Source of the DNA: Moniliella sp. 'wahieum'
Lineage: Eukaryota
DNA length: 64,000 nucleotides
Direction: 5' to 3'
Assembly (NCBI GenBank): GCA_003971905.1
Contig: RSEE01000045.1
Location: forward strand, 1 to 64,000
Position numbers and translations under genes: made by a program. The notes below the pieces were generated by a model. The model did no database searches. It had not been told where the DNA came from and saw only the letters and a list, made by a program, of their open reading frames with translations. Position 1 is the stretch's first letter. Every line of letters begins with the position of its first letter. Below are positions 1 through 11,343 of the stretch, in pieces.

Positions 1-127
1 AGCGAGCAGGACGGGCCGTCGTGTGGGTTTTTGCCAAGCCACGCTATATGCCCCGTCCCACCTCGCCCTTCTCTCTGCCACACTACCAACACCTTCTCTC
101 CCGCCTCTTCCGCCCCTCCCGCCCTTG

Positions 128-1765
128 ATGGTCACCAGCTTCGTGCTCTACCGATATCTTTCTGTCGGTGCGCTCTGGTTCCTATGGGCCGCGTCCCACA
201 CGCCTGTCCTGCGCTGGGTCATCTATCCCAAGTCGGACATCCTCCCACCCGATCGCGATCCATTCTACGCCTTTCCAGCCAACCTCTCTAGCTACGCCGG
301 GACAGATCATCCGCACACGCCCAGTAAGCTATGGCAGGTTTATCCGCATGCGGGCTCGGTAAGCCAAGTGCTGTATCGCACCAACAATACCCAGCACGAA
401 GTACGTCGTTTTCTTACCCCTCTCTTATCTGCCCTGCTCTCTCCTCTTCTCTCCTCTCCTCCCCTCTCGACTCGCTCGGCTCACCTCCTCTTCGTTCCTC
501 AGCCTTCGGCTACAGTTACCACCATCTTCTCGCCCAAAAACGCCCCGCCTCCGTCCCAGCCCAATGTGATTAGCTTCCAGGCATGTCTCTCCTTTGCTGC
601 TCTTTCTGTGCGGGTCTCCCAAGGTTGCCGCCACACTAACATAAGTCTACACCTGTCTCCTACGCTTTTAGATTTGGCAAGACTCAGCTTCACTTAACTG
701 TGCTCCGAGCTACACACTGCTAAGGGGAATTCGAGCGCCTAACGTGTTTACCTATCTCTTGGATACCCCGCTGATCATAAACATGGCGCTTCCCGTGGCT
801 GGTACGTTATCATCATTGATGCATCTCATGATGCAGATCCTCCCCGCGAGACATCGACAATCTTGGCTCATAGTACTCTGCTTATCTGCATCCAGGTCGT
901 TCTTGTTCCCGACCACCAAGGTCCCCGATCCGCCTTTATGGCCGGGTTTGAAGAAGGGTATGCTACGTTGGATGGTGTACGTGCCGGTCTTGACTACCTT
1001 GCTCTGCCCCGATCACGGGGTCGGGCTGATCGGCTACAGCGGCGAGGCCATGCGACCGCATGGGCTTCGCACCTAGCAGCGTCGTATGCCGCGGATCTAA
1101 CGATCATCGCATCGGCTTACGGGGTGTGCCGGTTGACCTCAATGCGATGCTCCACTTCCTCAACACGGAACCTTCTCGGGCTTTGCCGCCGCTGGTCTGG
1201 CAGGGGCCCTGGCGGGCGTACCCTCAAATGCGCTCCGTCTTCGAAGAATACTTTGATCCCGAGGTGCTGCAAGCTGTGGATCACGTTCGCTCCAAGGACT
1301 TTTGTGTTCTCAACGTTGTTCTCAGCATTCTCGGTTCGATTGGATGCCGTTGTTCCAAGTGCCGCGTCTGAACCAGTCGATCTTTACGTTTGAACCGATT
1401 CAACGACTGATGGCCAGAGAGACCCTTCTGAAGAACAACAGGTGCGTCCGCTTTCCTCCGCCTCTGCCTTGCCAGGTTCCATCATCCTAGCGACTAACTG
1501 GTGATAGCGTGGGCATGACCGTGCCCAAGTTCCACGATATATTTGGCAAGCCGGTAGCGACGAGATGGTCGCCCACGCTTCCGCCCTGCAATATGCCGAG
1601 GAGCAATGCGAAGGAGGTGGGGATATTGTCGAGGTGACCTACTTCCCGCACCTCGAGCACCTGGCTGCCATGCTCCTCGGTGCGCCCAAGGCCGTCTCGT
1701 TCCTGGAAAGGCCTTTGCCGGCGAGTTGCACTCGCCCCGCCGACCGGGCCTTCGTTCAACGGTAG
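128..1765 (+). CDS. Secretory lipase, LIP family (PF03583-like); introns at 401-502, 581-671 and about 802-895; several apparent indel frameshifts
   Basis: Hydrophobic N-terminus, then family motifs in order across frames: PPDRDPFY, QVLYRTNN, ATVTTIF, WQDSASLNCAPSYTL, VPDHQGPRSAFMAG, TLDGVRA, nucleophile elbow GLIGYSG, TAWA, and C-terminal QC..G...FPHLEH. Splice donor, acceptor and branch sites are visible. Confidence 0.8.
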
Positions 1766-2157
1766 CACGCATGATTGTGGACGCTTGATCAACTACTTTT
1801 CCGAACCTTCCTTGATCGCTTTCCCCCGTATCGAGTCATCCATGCATGGTGACTTGTAAGTTCTGTGCCCCCTCTCTTTACACCCACCAACTTGTGCACC
1901 CACCTATTCGCACCCACCTAACCCGTTCATTCGTATAATACGCCCATACCTACCGCTTCTTGGTCGTTGGTATGCCTCGAATCGACGGCCTTGTGTGTCG
2001 TCTCCCGATGACAGGCCTGCTTCGATCGCGATTGCGCAATGGCGGCGGCAAATGTGCAGCATTTGGGGTGATCACAGTGTCTCTGTTGATGCTGATGTCT
2101 CGTGCGCGGTACACGCACCACCCACCCCATGGCTCCACCCCACCGGGGCACAACTTC

Positions 2158-2183
2158 TCACGACACGACACGACACGACACGA
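2158..2183. repeat. (CACGA)n pentanucleotide microsatellite, about 5 copies
   Basis: cacgacacgacacgacacgacacga read directly. Confidence 0.9.
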
Positions 2184-2717
2184 TACATCACCGCGATCTA
2201 TTTTGCCCATTCCCTCCCACCGTTGGCGTTACCCAGCAATAGATCCCCTTTCCCTCGTGTGATGCATGGGAAGCATAGTAGCCAAGTCGAAGGAGACAGG
2301 TCGACAGAGGCTTGAGAACATATCTATTCCTCCGAGGTCTATTCTGGAGACCTGCACGCCCCAAGAATCTCAATAGAACAGGTCCAATAGTTGCACTTGG
2401 CCCGTAACCTTTATGGCCTTGCAGCAGGCACAATGCGTCAGGGTGTTGGTTGGACAAGTGTTTTTCGGCACGCCAGCATTCAACCTGCAGAACAAATGGT
2501 TGAAGGAGTCAATGACTAAGAACTGATCTACTTTTTGTCTACTTGAGGGCAGCACAAGAAGAAGTGCATCTCCAACGTGGTGTGTGCATTTTGTACATGT
2601 GCATCTAGTACGCTAATAGGGCATGCTAGTCCAAGAGAGGGGGGGGGGGGATGTCATGCAAGGGCAGGAGGGGGAGACATAACAGGTGAAGGGAAGGAGC
2701 ATTCCCGAATAAAACCC

Positions 2718-4736
2718 TTAGTCGACCTCCTCGACCGAGGGACCGTCGTCGCCGCCAGCGCCGGGGGCAGCACCGCCAGGGAAGCCGCCGGGAGCAGCAC
2801 CGCCGGGGGCACCACCAGCAGCGTACAGCTTCTGCATGACGGGGTTGGCGATACCCTCGAGCTCCTTCTGCTTGTCCTCGTACTCGTCCTTGGAGGCCTC
2901 CTGGGAAGCGTCGAGCCACTCGATGGTCTCAGTAATGGCCTTGTCGAGCTTCTCCTTGTCGGCGGCGTCGAGCTTCTCCGACACACCCTGCTCGTTGAGC
3001 GAGTTACGCAGGTTGTAGGCGTACGACTCGAGGCCGTTCTTGGCGCTGATGCGGGAAGCAGCCTCCTCGTCCTCGGCCTTGTACTTCTCGGCATCCGAGA
3101 CCATGCGCTCGATGTCCTCCTTCGAGAGACGGCCCTTGTCGTTGGTGATGGTGATCTTCTGCGACTTGCCCGACGACTTGTCGGCGGCCGAGACGTTGAG
3201 GATAGAGTTGGCGTCCACGTCGAACGTCACCTCAATCTGGGGCACACCACGAGGAGCAGGGGGGATGCCCGACAGCTCGAACTTGCCGAGCAAGTTGTTG
3301 TCCTTGGTGCGGGCACGCTCACCCTCGTACACTTGGATCAGCACACCAGGCTGGTTGTCGGCGTAGGTCGAGAAGATCTCCGACTTCTTGGTAGGCACAG
3401 TGGTGTTGCGCTTGATGAGGGGCGTGAAGACACCGCCGGCCGTCTCGATACCCATCGAAAGAGGGGCAACGTCGAGCAGAAGCAGGTCCTGGGTCTTCTC
3501 CGAGGTGTCACCGGAGAGAATGGCGGCCTGAACGGCAGCACCGTAAGCAACAGCCTCGTCGGGGTTGATCGACTTGTTGAGCTCACGGCCGTTGAAGAAG
3601 TCCGAAAGGAGCTTCTGCACACGGGGGATACGAGTAGAACCACCGACAAGGACGATGTCGTTGACCTGGCCCTTGTCGCACTTGGCGTCACGGAGGACCT
3701 TCTCGACGGGGTCGATGGTGTGGCTGAACAGGTCACCGCACAGCTCCTCGAAGCGGGCACGAGTGATCGAGGTGTAGAAGTCGATACCCTCGTAGAGAGA
3801 GTCAATCTCGACCGTGGTCTGGGCGGCCGAAGAGAGGGTGCGCTTAGCGCGCTCGCAAGCAGTGCGGAGACGGCGAAGGGCACGCGCGTTGGAGGTGAGG
3901 TCCTTCTTGTTCTTGCGCTTGAACTCCTGGACGAAGTGGTTGACAAGACGGTTGTCGAAGTCCTCACCACCCAAGTGAGTGTCACCGGCGGTGGCCTTGA
4001 CCTCGAAGATGCCCTCCTCAATGGTCAGGAGCGACACATCGAAGGTACCACCACCAAGGTCAAAGATGAGAACGTTGCGCTCGCCCTCAGTCTTCTTGTC
4101 GAGACCGTAGGCAATGGCAGCAGCAGTGGGCTCGTTGATGATGCGCATCACGTTGAGGCCGGCGATGACACCAGCGTCCTTAGTGGCCTGACGCTGCGAG
4201 TCGTTGAAGTAGGCGGGCACAGTAACCACACCGTCCTTGACAGCACCACCAAGGTAGGCCTCGGCGGTCTCGCGCATCTTGAGGAGCACCATCGACGAGA
4301 TCTCTTCAGGGGTAAACTTCTTGGTCTCGCCCTTGTACTCGACTTGGATGACCGGCTTGCCGCCAACGTCGACGACCTTGAAGGGCCAGTGCTTCATGTC
4401 GGACTGGACCTCAGAGTCAGAAAACTTGCGGCCAATGAGACGCTTGGCGTCAAAGACGGTGTTGTGGGGGTTCATGGCCGTCTGGTTCTTGGCGGCATCA
4501 CCAATGAGACGCTCCGAGTCGGTGAAAGCGACGTAGGAGGGGGTCGTGCGGTTGCCCTGGTCGTTGGCAATGACCTCAACGCGGTCGTTCTGCCACACGG
4601 CAACGCAGGAGTAGGTGGTGCCCAGGTCGATACCAACAGCCTGAAGGAAGATGGGGTCAGGACGAGGTCGAGGGGGAAGGGGGAGAGGCAGAGAGGGAGA
4701 AGGAGAGCGAGGGCGCTGGGCACATACCTTCGTCAT
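2718..4736 (-). CDS. HSP70: Cytosolic Hsp70 (SSA type); exons 4728-4736 and 2718-4640
   Basis: [40 protein letters not shown] and C-terminal GPSVEEVD. Intron 4641-4727 has a GTATGT donor, CTGAC branch and CAG acceptor. Confidence 0.98.
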   Translation of the reverse strand: MTKVCAQRPRSPSPSLPLPLPPRPRPDPIFLQAVGIDLGTTYSCVAVWQNDRVEVIANDQGNRTTPSYVAFTDSERLIGDAAKNQTAMNPHNTVFDAKRLIGRKFSDSEVQSDMKHWPFKVVDVGGKPVIQVEYKGETKKFTPEEISSMVLLKMRETAEAYLGGAVKDGVVTVPAYFNDSQRQATKDAGVIAGLNVMRIINEPTAAAIAYGLDKKTEGERNVLIFDLGGGTFDVSLLTIEEGIFEVKATAGDTHLGGEDFDNRLVNHFVQEFKRKNKKDLTSNARALRRLRTACERAKRTLSSAAQTTVEIDSLYEGIDFYTSITRARFEELCGDLFSHTIDPVEKVLRDAKCDKGQVNDIVLVGGSTRIPRVQKLLSDFFNGRELNKSINPDEAVAYGAAVQAAILSGDTSEKTQDLLLLDVAPLSMGIETAGGVFTPLIKRNTTVPTKKSEIFSTYADNQPGVLIQVYEGERARTKDNNLLGKFELSGIPPAPRGVPQIEVTFDVDANSILNVSAADKSSGKSQKITITNDKGRLSKEDIERMVSDAEKYKAEDEEAASRISAKNGLESYAYNLRNSLNEQGVSEKLDAADKEKLDKAITETIEWLDASQEASKDEYEDKQKELEGIANPVMQKLYAAGGAPGGAAPGGFPGGAAPGAGGDDGPSVEEVD

Positions 4737-4803
4737 GATGAGTACTAGTTGCTTAGTCCAGTCAGGATGGTGGTAGAGGGCAGGCGTAGGCTGGATGCGA
4801 AGC

Positions 4804-4812
4804 TTTTTTATA
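4804..4812 (-). promoter_or_regulatory. TATA box of Hsp70
   Basis: TATAAAAAA on the minus strand about 70 bp upstream of the ATG at 4736. Confidence 0.7.
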
Positions 4813-5676
4813 GAGCGTACGCCCGTGCGCCGGGACAGAGTACGAACGCGGAGCAGAGTGCACGCCTGCCGCCGCGGCGGCTGGCTGGACTGCGCGGCAG
4901 CAGGGCAGTGTCGGCCTGTGTGCTGGATGCAGATGGCCCACTGCACGAATGGGGGAAGCCAGCCGAAGCGCCGCATGGGTGCAGTGTGGGTATGCTGCTG
5001 CCTGGCCGGGCACTGGCCCCATGCCCCACCTTCTCGCACCCTTTCGAAGCCCCGACGTCATTCTCCACGTTCTAACTCTACGGGGCCTCTTGAAATGTTC
5101 AGCCGTGTGGTTCTGCGCGGCCCATCTGTCTGAGCTGCTGCATGCCAAATTTTAGACCCCGTGCACATTAGGGTTGTGCGTCGAACACCTTGTCCGTCAC
5201 TTGTCACATGCCGCATCAGGGCATCAGCATCGACCAAATGATCGTCAAGCCAACTAACTGGCAATCTTCGTGCGTTTCGATATTCAGTTACCCCAATTTG
5301 CTACCGCTGGGGACTCTATCATAGGGCACGCATCGAAATAGAAGGGTTACATCGTGGAAGCGCCAAGGAGAGGCGCCGCCGCTTTGTGGAGATCATCATT
5401 GATAGCAGTGAAAAGCAGCCTACGACGAGCGCCAACCGATATGCGAGAGGATGGGATATAGCAGCGAGAGGGACGCAACGGCTCGGCTCAAGCAGTGATC
5501 GTCCAATTCCCACTGTCGTAAAAAAAGCGTAGCAGAAAGAAGAAGAGTCAAGAGGCAAAGACACAAGAATGAAGAGATGGCAATGCCCATGGGTGGAGGG
5601 TGAGCGCAGCATGCTCTACTATGGCTTGAATTGGTCACTACAAGAATGCACTGCAGTATTATTACTGGGATTGCCG

Positions 5677-6600
5677 TTATAGTAGACGTTGAGCTTCTTC
5701 CTCCTTTTCGAGCTCTATTGAACGGTTTCTTTTGACGAGTACCGCACTAGGTGGGGCAGAGGCTGGAAGGACAAGGGCACGTCTGAGACGTTCTAAGTCC
5801 AACAGGTCAGACGTGTCGCGTTGAACGGCAGACGAGAGGGCACGCTCAGAAGCGTCACAGGTAGCGTGAGTGTAGACACCATCCTTGTTGATGGCATTGT
5901 GCCACACACCCATTCCTATTCTGTCTCGTTGTACGCAGACTTGAACAGTTCCTTAAAGATCGCACATGGAATCGCAGCTACCACCGGGTCCGACGGGGCG
6001 GGGACGAAAAGTCGACGTAGCTCTGACTCGTTCTCAGCAATAAGCCGATTCAACTCTCTGCCTCTCCCATCCCATACTGCGATCCAACTTCATTGTCGTC
6101 TGCACCTCCTGTGATAAAGTCGACCAGACCTGGGAACCAAATCCGTGACTGCCCACACATAACCAACTCTTTCACCGCCTTGTTCTGTCGAAAATTCCAA
6201 TCAAGATGCAGTTGCAGACTCTCCTGTCCGTCTGTTCCATTCCATGGTTGGCGCAGGAGGGCACCAATAGCCAGCTACACTGAGGCTCAGACTGCGCAAT
6301 ATACCCATACATCGGTACTAGACGATGGGGTGCAGTATAGGCTATGCGGTGATGAAGGAAAGATGGATGCTACTTGCCGGCTGTAAGTGGCGACAGTGAT
6401 TGCGCTATGGGGACGACGCGGGGATAGAGAGGAGGCAGAGTGCAACGAGCTCGACTCACGGAGGCGCAAGGGAAGGCGATGGGAGAGGTCGGTATAAACG
6501 ACGTAAGGAAAAAGGGTTTCTGATCGAACAGTGGGCACTTTTCAGGTAGCAAACAGGAAGTCCTTTGTCTCCGCGGTGCGGCAGATGATGATGGCAAAAA
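5677..6600 (-). CDS. Possible hypothetical protein, fragmented by frameshifts
   Basis: Protein-like minus-strand ORF pieces (ELNRLIAENESELRRLF, and LERLRRALVL...EEEAQRLL ending at 5677). No family recognised; start not resolved. Confidence 0.3.
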
Positions 6601-6835
6601 AGGGGGAAACCGTCGTCTGAGTCTGAACAGATCTATAAACGTCTCAGTTCACTCGCAGAGCGGAATGGACAACGCGTTGGCTCCGCCCCCACACAACGAA
6701 GCTTGCAACGTTTATTTTTGAAACTGTACCTAAGGCCCTGAGGTGGTTGATGCACGTTAATGGTTGATGCATGGCCACCTGCATCGGTTCCACTATACCA
6801 GCACCACCAACTATTCTGCTCAATTCGGCACGGCC

Positions 6836-7453
6836 ATGGTATGTGAATAACAACGCCGGTGATGATATCCTAACTTACTCTATCAGGCACGAGCATCAGC
6901 CAAACGCATATCTTACCAAAATACAGCGGCGATCAAGCGCCTGCTGATCGGCTCGTTTGGCACGGGCATACTACATGTGGTGATCAAGGCTCTGTGGCCG
7001 GGGACCCACGCCATACGTACACGGGATTGGGTCTTGTTCGGTCTATCGGCCTTGTTTGAACAGATGCTTGGAATGGTGCTCTTCCGCATGGCTCGGGCCG
7101 GCGAAGACCTGGCCCAGCCGGGGTTGACCCAAGTCATGTGGGACGCTGTCTACCTTGTTTGGTTTGTTCATGTGACCACTGCCCTGATTAGCACCAAGTT
7201 CTGGCTTCTTCTTTTGCTTCTGCCTTGTTACTGCATCTTTCTTGTCTATCGCAAGGTCGTTGTCCCGTTTTTCCTGGGTGGAAACGACCCAATCGGATCC
7301 CTCTGGTCTGCGAAAACTGGGAAGGGCACTACTACCCCTGCACCACCAGTCCAAGAACCGGATGAACAACTTTCGAAGCGCCAACAAAAGCTGAAGAAAC
7401 GCGTTGAGCGGGGAGATCCGCGCGTACAGATGCAACAGCGCCAGCGTTTCTAG
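6836..7453 (+). CDS. SND2: SND2/TMEM208 (DUF788) ER-targeting membrane protein; exon 1 is ATG only (6836-6838), intron 6839-6886
   Basis: Spliced product M|ARASAKRISYQN...AGEDLAQPGLTQVMWDAVYL...KFWLLLLLLP...LSKRQQKLKKR. GTATGT donor, CCTAAC branch and CAG acceptor give an in-frame exon 2. Confidence 0.88.
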
Positions 7454-7624
7454 TTGGATGACCATTCCCAAATGTATATGAACTCATCTGCACTACTGAT
7501 ACCACAGCAGTAAAGCAATCATATCCGGCAGGGCGTCAAAGATGGGCAAGCAAAGACAGCCTTATGCGATAAAAATGTATGCCAAAATTGATATTGACTC
7601 AGGGTGTGATTACTTTTGTCAATT

Positions 7625-7722
7625 GTTCCATTAGCTCAGTTGGCTAGAGCGTCCGACTGTTACACAGACGGCCTGTGCCCTTTGGCATCGGGAGGTCGTT
7701 GGTTCGAGCCCAACATGGAACG
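7625..7722 (+). tRNA. tRNA-Asn(GTT) with 24-nt intron (7663-7686)
   Basis: Acceptor stem GTTCCAT/ATGGAAC, D-arm TAGCTCAGTTGGCTAGAGC, anticodon arm TCCGA-CT-GTT-A..A-TCGGG, T-loop GTTCGAG, followed by a T-run terminator. Confidence 0.93.
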
Positions 7723-9330
7723 TTATTTTTTTCGAACCCTCCGCATCCCTCGTAGCCTTAACCACTGGGACAAGGATTGGAAAAGGATCCCCCGCTGACA
7801 AGCAACCTCTCCCCGCGGCGAAAGGTGATCTTTAAGCTGAAGGATCGTTGATGCACAACGGTTGTTTTGTGTTTCATTTTTGTCACTGCATCACCCACAG
7901 CCTATAGTCCATCGGTACCACCAACAGAATGGTTCGGAAACCCTGTCTTTTCTGCAGTCCAGCCTTCTGAGACCGGCAGAGAGACGTCATGGGGACGCGG
8001 TCATCACCATTATGAACACTGTTTCCACAATTTGGGCTCGGCTTGCTTATGTGTATGATGATACAACCCCAGCTGTTGTTGGGCTAATATGGCTTCACCC
8101 TGGGCGTCTCCTAACCCAGAGACAGACACACTATGCGGGGGTTAGGGCTACCTTATCAAAGAGGAGACATGTAGGCCATGTACTCGTCAAAAAGGGGCAA
8201 AAAAATACCACACGTACAACTTTTGTGATGGAGAGAAGACCGTGGCAAAATGATGCAGCCCAGCCTATACAATCCCGAAGTGTTGTAGTTAAACTGGCGC
8301 TCTCCATTTCATCTCTTATGGATGAGAAATGGTTAGGGGTAGCCGGATGGCGTGAAGGATATGTGCAGTTTGACATTCGGTAGCGCCAAGCTGAAAGGGA
8401 TATGAACTCGTTTCTTAGCCTTTGGTGGGGCATTCTGTGCCTTGTAGCGGGTCACACCGGCATACGGGCTCACAACCTGTTATTATAAGGTGGTTCTCCT
8501 CTAACATGTATCACGCGACGAGACACTACGCTCACTGTTTGCCGCTTACTTTATTGGCACTAAGTACTGAGTACTTGTACCCAGTGGCCTCGCGGCAATA
8601 CATGCTAGCTACGGGAGGCATCATTAATCATTCCAGGACACGCCATTGAGCACTCCCTGGCCAGATCCAACTAGCGACTCTTGTGACCATCACGCGCCGC
8701 GCACTACTGGCCGGTCACGCGGTCACGGTCACTGTGAGCGGTCAGCGGTCACCGGCGACCCCCCCCCCCCTCCCTACCATTCGGCCGTGCAGCAGCGCGA
8801 TTGGGAGGTAGACGCCTCAGCCTGAGGCTCAGGCTGACTCAAGTGCTCAGGCCAGAGGCGAGATGTCGGATGCTTTTAGGTCATATTCGGCCTTACAGCT
8901 TACTGTGTCTTTTAGGCCTTGGGCCTTGGGCCTAACCTTAGCCTCCAGGGGGTCGTGTGCTTTTGAGGGGTAGGGTTAGGGGGGTCTCCTGGGCGGGATC
9001 ATATCATCGATCGCCTGGTTACGTCAGAGAGCAGGAAGCGTGCCAGTGTCCGCGGGGGCCTCCGCCGACCCCCGCCCTGGAAAGCATGGGCGCGCGTGGT
9101 GACCTCACTCATGGTGATTGGTTCGAGTGACTGGCCCAAGCTCTGCAACACCATCTCCTTCCTGTGCGATCCGATCGGCGGGCCTCTTCCCGCTCACCTC
9201 CGAGGCCGACCACTGCGACCTCCACTTCTTCTCGCCGCCGCCACTGCGCCCGCGTGCTTCCTCGCCGCTCTACCCCCTCCATCGTTCCGACCCCGATCGC
9301 CCGGTTGCCCGTCCCTGCGTGCCACTGACC

Positions 9331-10409
9331 ATGTGGGGATCCTGGTCTCGCTCCGCCACCCCCGTTCCACCCACCCCGCCTGCTCCTCAAACTGGCCGGC
9401 CCGGTAAGTTGACCCCGGGCCAGCAGCACCTTCTCACCAAGTTCCGTCAAGAGCTTGAGGCGCGCGGATTGTATGTGCCGGAACGGATGGACGATGCCTA
9501 CTGTGAGTGGTGCGCTGACCTAGGCGTGGGAAACTGGTGAGAGGTGGGTGAGAGGCTGACGGTGTCCTGACGACAAAGTGTGTCGGTTTCTGCGTGCACG
9601 CAAGTGGGACCTGGAGGCGACAATGGCCATGTTTGTTGAGGCTGAGGAATGGAGAACGTCATTTGGCGTGGATGAGCTGTACAAGAACTTTGATTATCCG
9701 GAGGCCAAGCAGGTGGACAAGTACTATCCGCAGTACTACCACAAGACCGATAAGGATGGTCGTCCGATCTATGTTGAACAGCTGGGCAAGTTGGATCTGA
9801 ACGCACTGTATCAGGTGACCACGCCAGAGCGGCAATTGCAGCGCTTGGTGGTTGAGTACGAGCGGATGCGTGTCGAACGGCTTCCGGTTTGCTCGGCCGA
9901 GAAGGGAGAGCTGATCGAGACGAGCTGCACGATTATGGACTTGAAAAATGTGGGCGTGTCGCAGTTTTGGAAAGTGTCGGGGTACGTGCAGCAGGCCAGC
10001 AAGATTGGTCAGAGTTACTATCCCGAGACGATGGGCAAGTTTTATATCGTCAACGCGCCTTACATTTTCACCACGGTTTGGTCCGTCGTTCGCGGCTGGC
10101 TCGACCCCGTCACTGTTGACAAGATCAAGATTTTGGGGAGCGGATACGAGGAGGAACTTCGCCAGCAGATTCCAGCGGAGAACTTGCCGGCCGCCTTGGG
10201 CGGCACATGCTTCTGTCCTGGTGGGTGCTCATTGTCCAATGCTGGCCCGTGGCAAACGGACACAGGCAAGCAAATCATTGCTCATGCTCAACAGGCCGCC
10301 TCGCAGCGCCAAGAGGAGCACCTCCGCCGCGTCTCTCTCTGCGCAGGCACACACGCCCAACGGCACGGAGAGTCAACTTGCTTCCCCACCGGAGAGCAAG
10401 CAAGCTTGA
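9331..10409 (+). CDS. SEC14: Sec14 phosphatidylinositol/phosphatidylcholine transfer protein; intron 9503-9578; C-terminus ambiguous (stop at 10409 after a frameshift, or 10561 in frame)
   Basis: ERMDDAY|LCRFLRARKWD, YYPQYYHKTDKDGRPIYVEQLGK, ETSCTIMDLK, YYPETMGKFYIVNAP, IPAENLPAALGGTC. GTGAGT donor, GCTGAC branch and AAG acceptor. Confidence 0.93.
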
Positions 10410-11343
10410 CCACACCACCCCTTTCTCTGTTGCCATTATCCTTCTTTCGCCTCTTTGGCAGCTACGAATCCAACCTTTCCACTTTCCCGTCCTACCCATC
10501 TTCCTTTCCTATGCCGCTAGCTAGCAGCATGATCTACTCGCGAGGTTGGTCGTGGGGCTGAATGTCCGAGGCACAACAATGGGTCCCGAGGGCGGGGTGA
10601 GCGTCTTGCATCATTGGCATCCATCTCCCCATCACGGCCGCTCGTTTCTCTCTCTCATTCCCTTCCCTTTCCCTGATGCAAAGAACGGGAGTAATATAAA
10701 AAAAAAACAGTTTGGCTGCGTAGGCCAGGCCATGGTAGCGGCAGAGGGAAAGGTACCGTTCCCCACTCAAAGGGTTTGGGGAGCAGAACATGAGTGCTAT
10801 TGATTCCCTTCAATAACGAGAGTGCATGCTGTGCTCCGTTGCGCGGGTAGTAGCAAGATATCCATAACAATGAGAACACCTCCCGGAACGCCGCACTGGG
10901 AACCCAGAGCGCCACACGCCCACGGAGGCAAGCGTAACCGAGGACAGAATACCAAAGGGAGGCAAGAAGCTAGGGGCTGCTCTTACTTGGGAGAAGGGGA
11001 GAGAAGCAGGGCCAGAAAGGGGGGGGGGGGGGGCAGGGGGGCAGCCTAGTGGAAAGGGGAAGTACTAATAGCCATCATGAGGCAAAACCCATCCATACGG
11101 ATGAGTAACAGGAAGGTGTCCGCCACCCGAACTGGGTCTCTTAACACGGGAACAGGAGGAAGCGAAGCACGAGGGAGGCGGGAGCATAGATGAGTCGTAG
11201 TAAAAATGAATCAATGGGGACGTGAGGCTAGCTTGAATGGTGTCAGACAGGGATAACGATGAGCGTCATCGGGTCAGCGCGTTGCGGAAAGGCAGGGGAC
11301 GTTGATAAAGCAGGGATTTTGGAGGGAGGCCGCGTCGGAGAAG

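Noticed and set aside
1930..2560. Small gene between lipase and Hsp70
   Set aside because: Only short overlapping ORFs and a microsatellite; no recognisable motif or consistent splice model.
2577..4748. 723-aa ORF antisense to Hsp70
   Set aside because: Long antisense ORFs opposite GC3-rich Hsp70 genes are a well-known by-product of codon bias; there is no independent evidence for a gene.
4737..5039. About 100-aa N-terminal extension of Hsp70 in the ORF track
   Set aside because: Starts at a non-ATG codon and runs through the TATA box; the spliced MTK start explains the gene.
5030..5100. Heat-shock elements upstream of Hsp70
   Set aside because: TTC/GAA triplets are present but I could not find canonical nGAAnnTTCn spacing.
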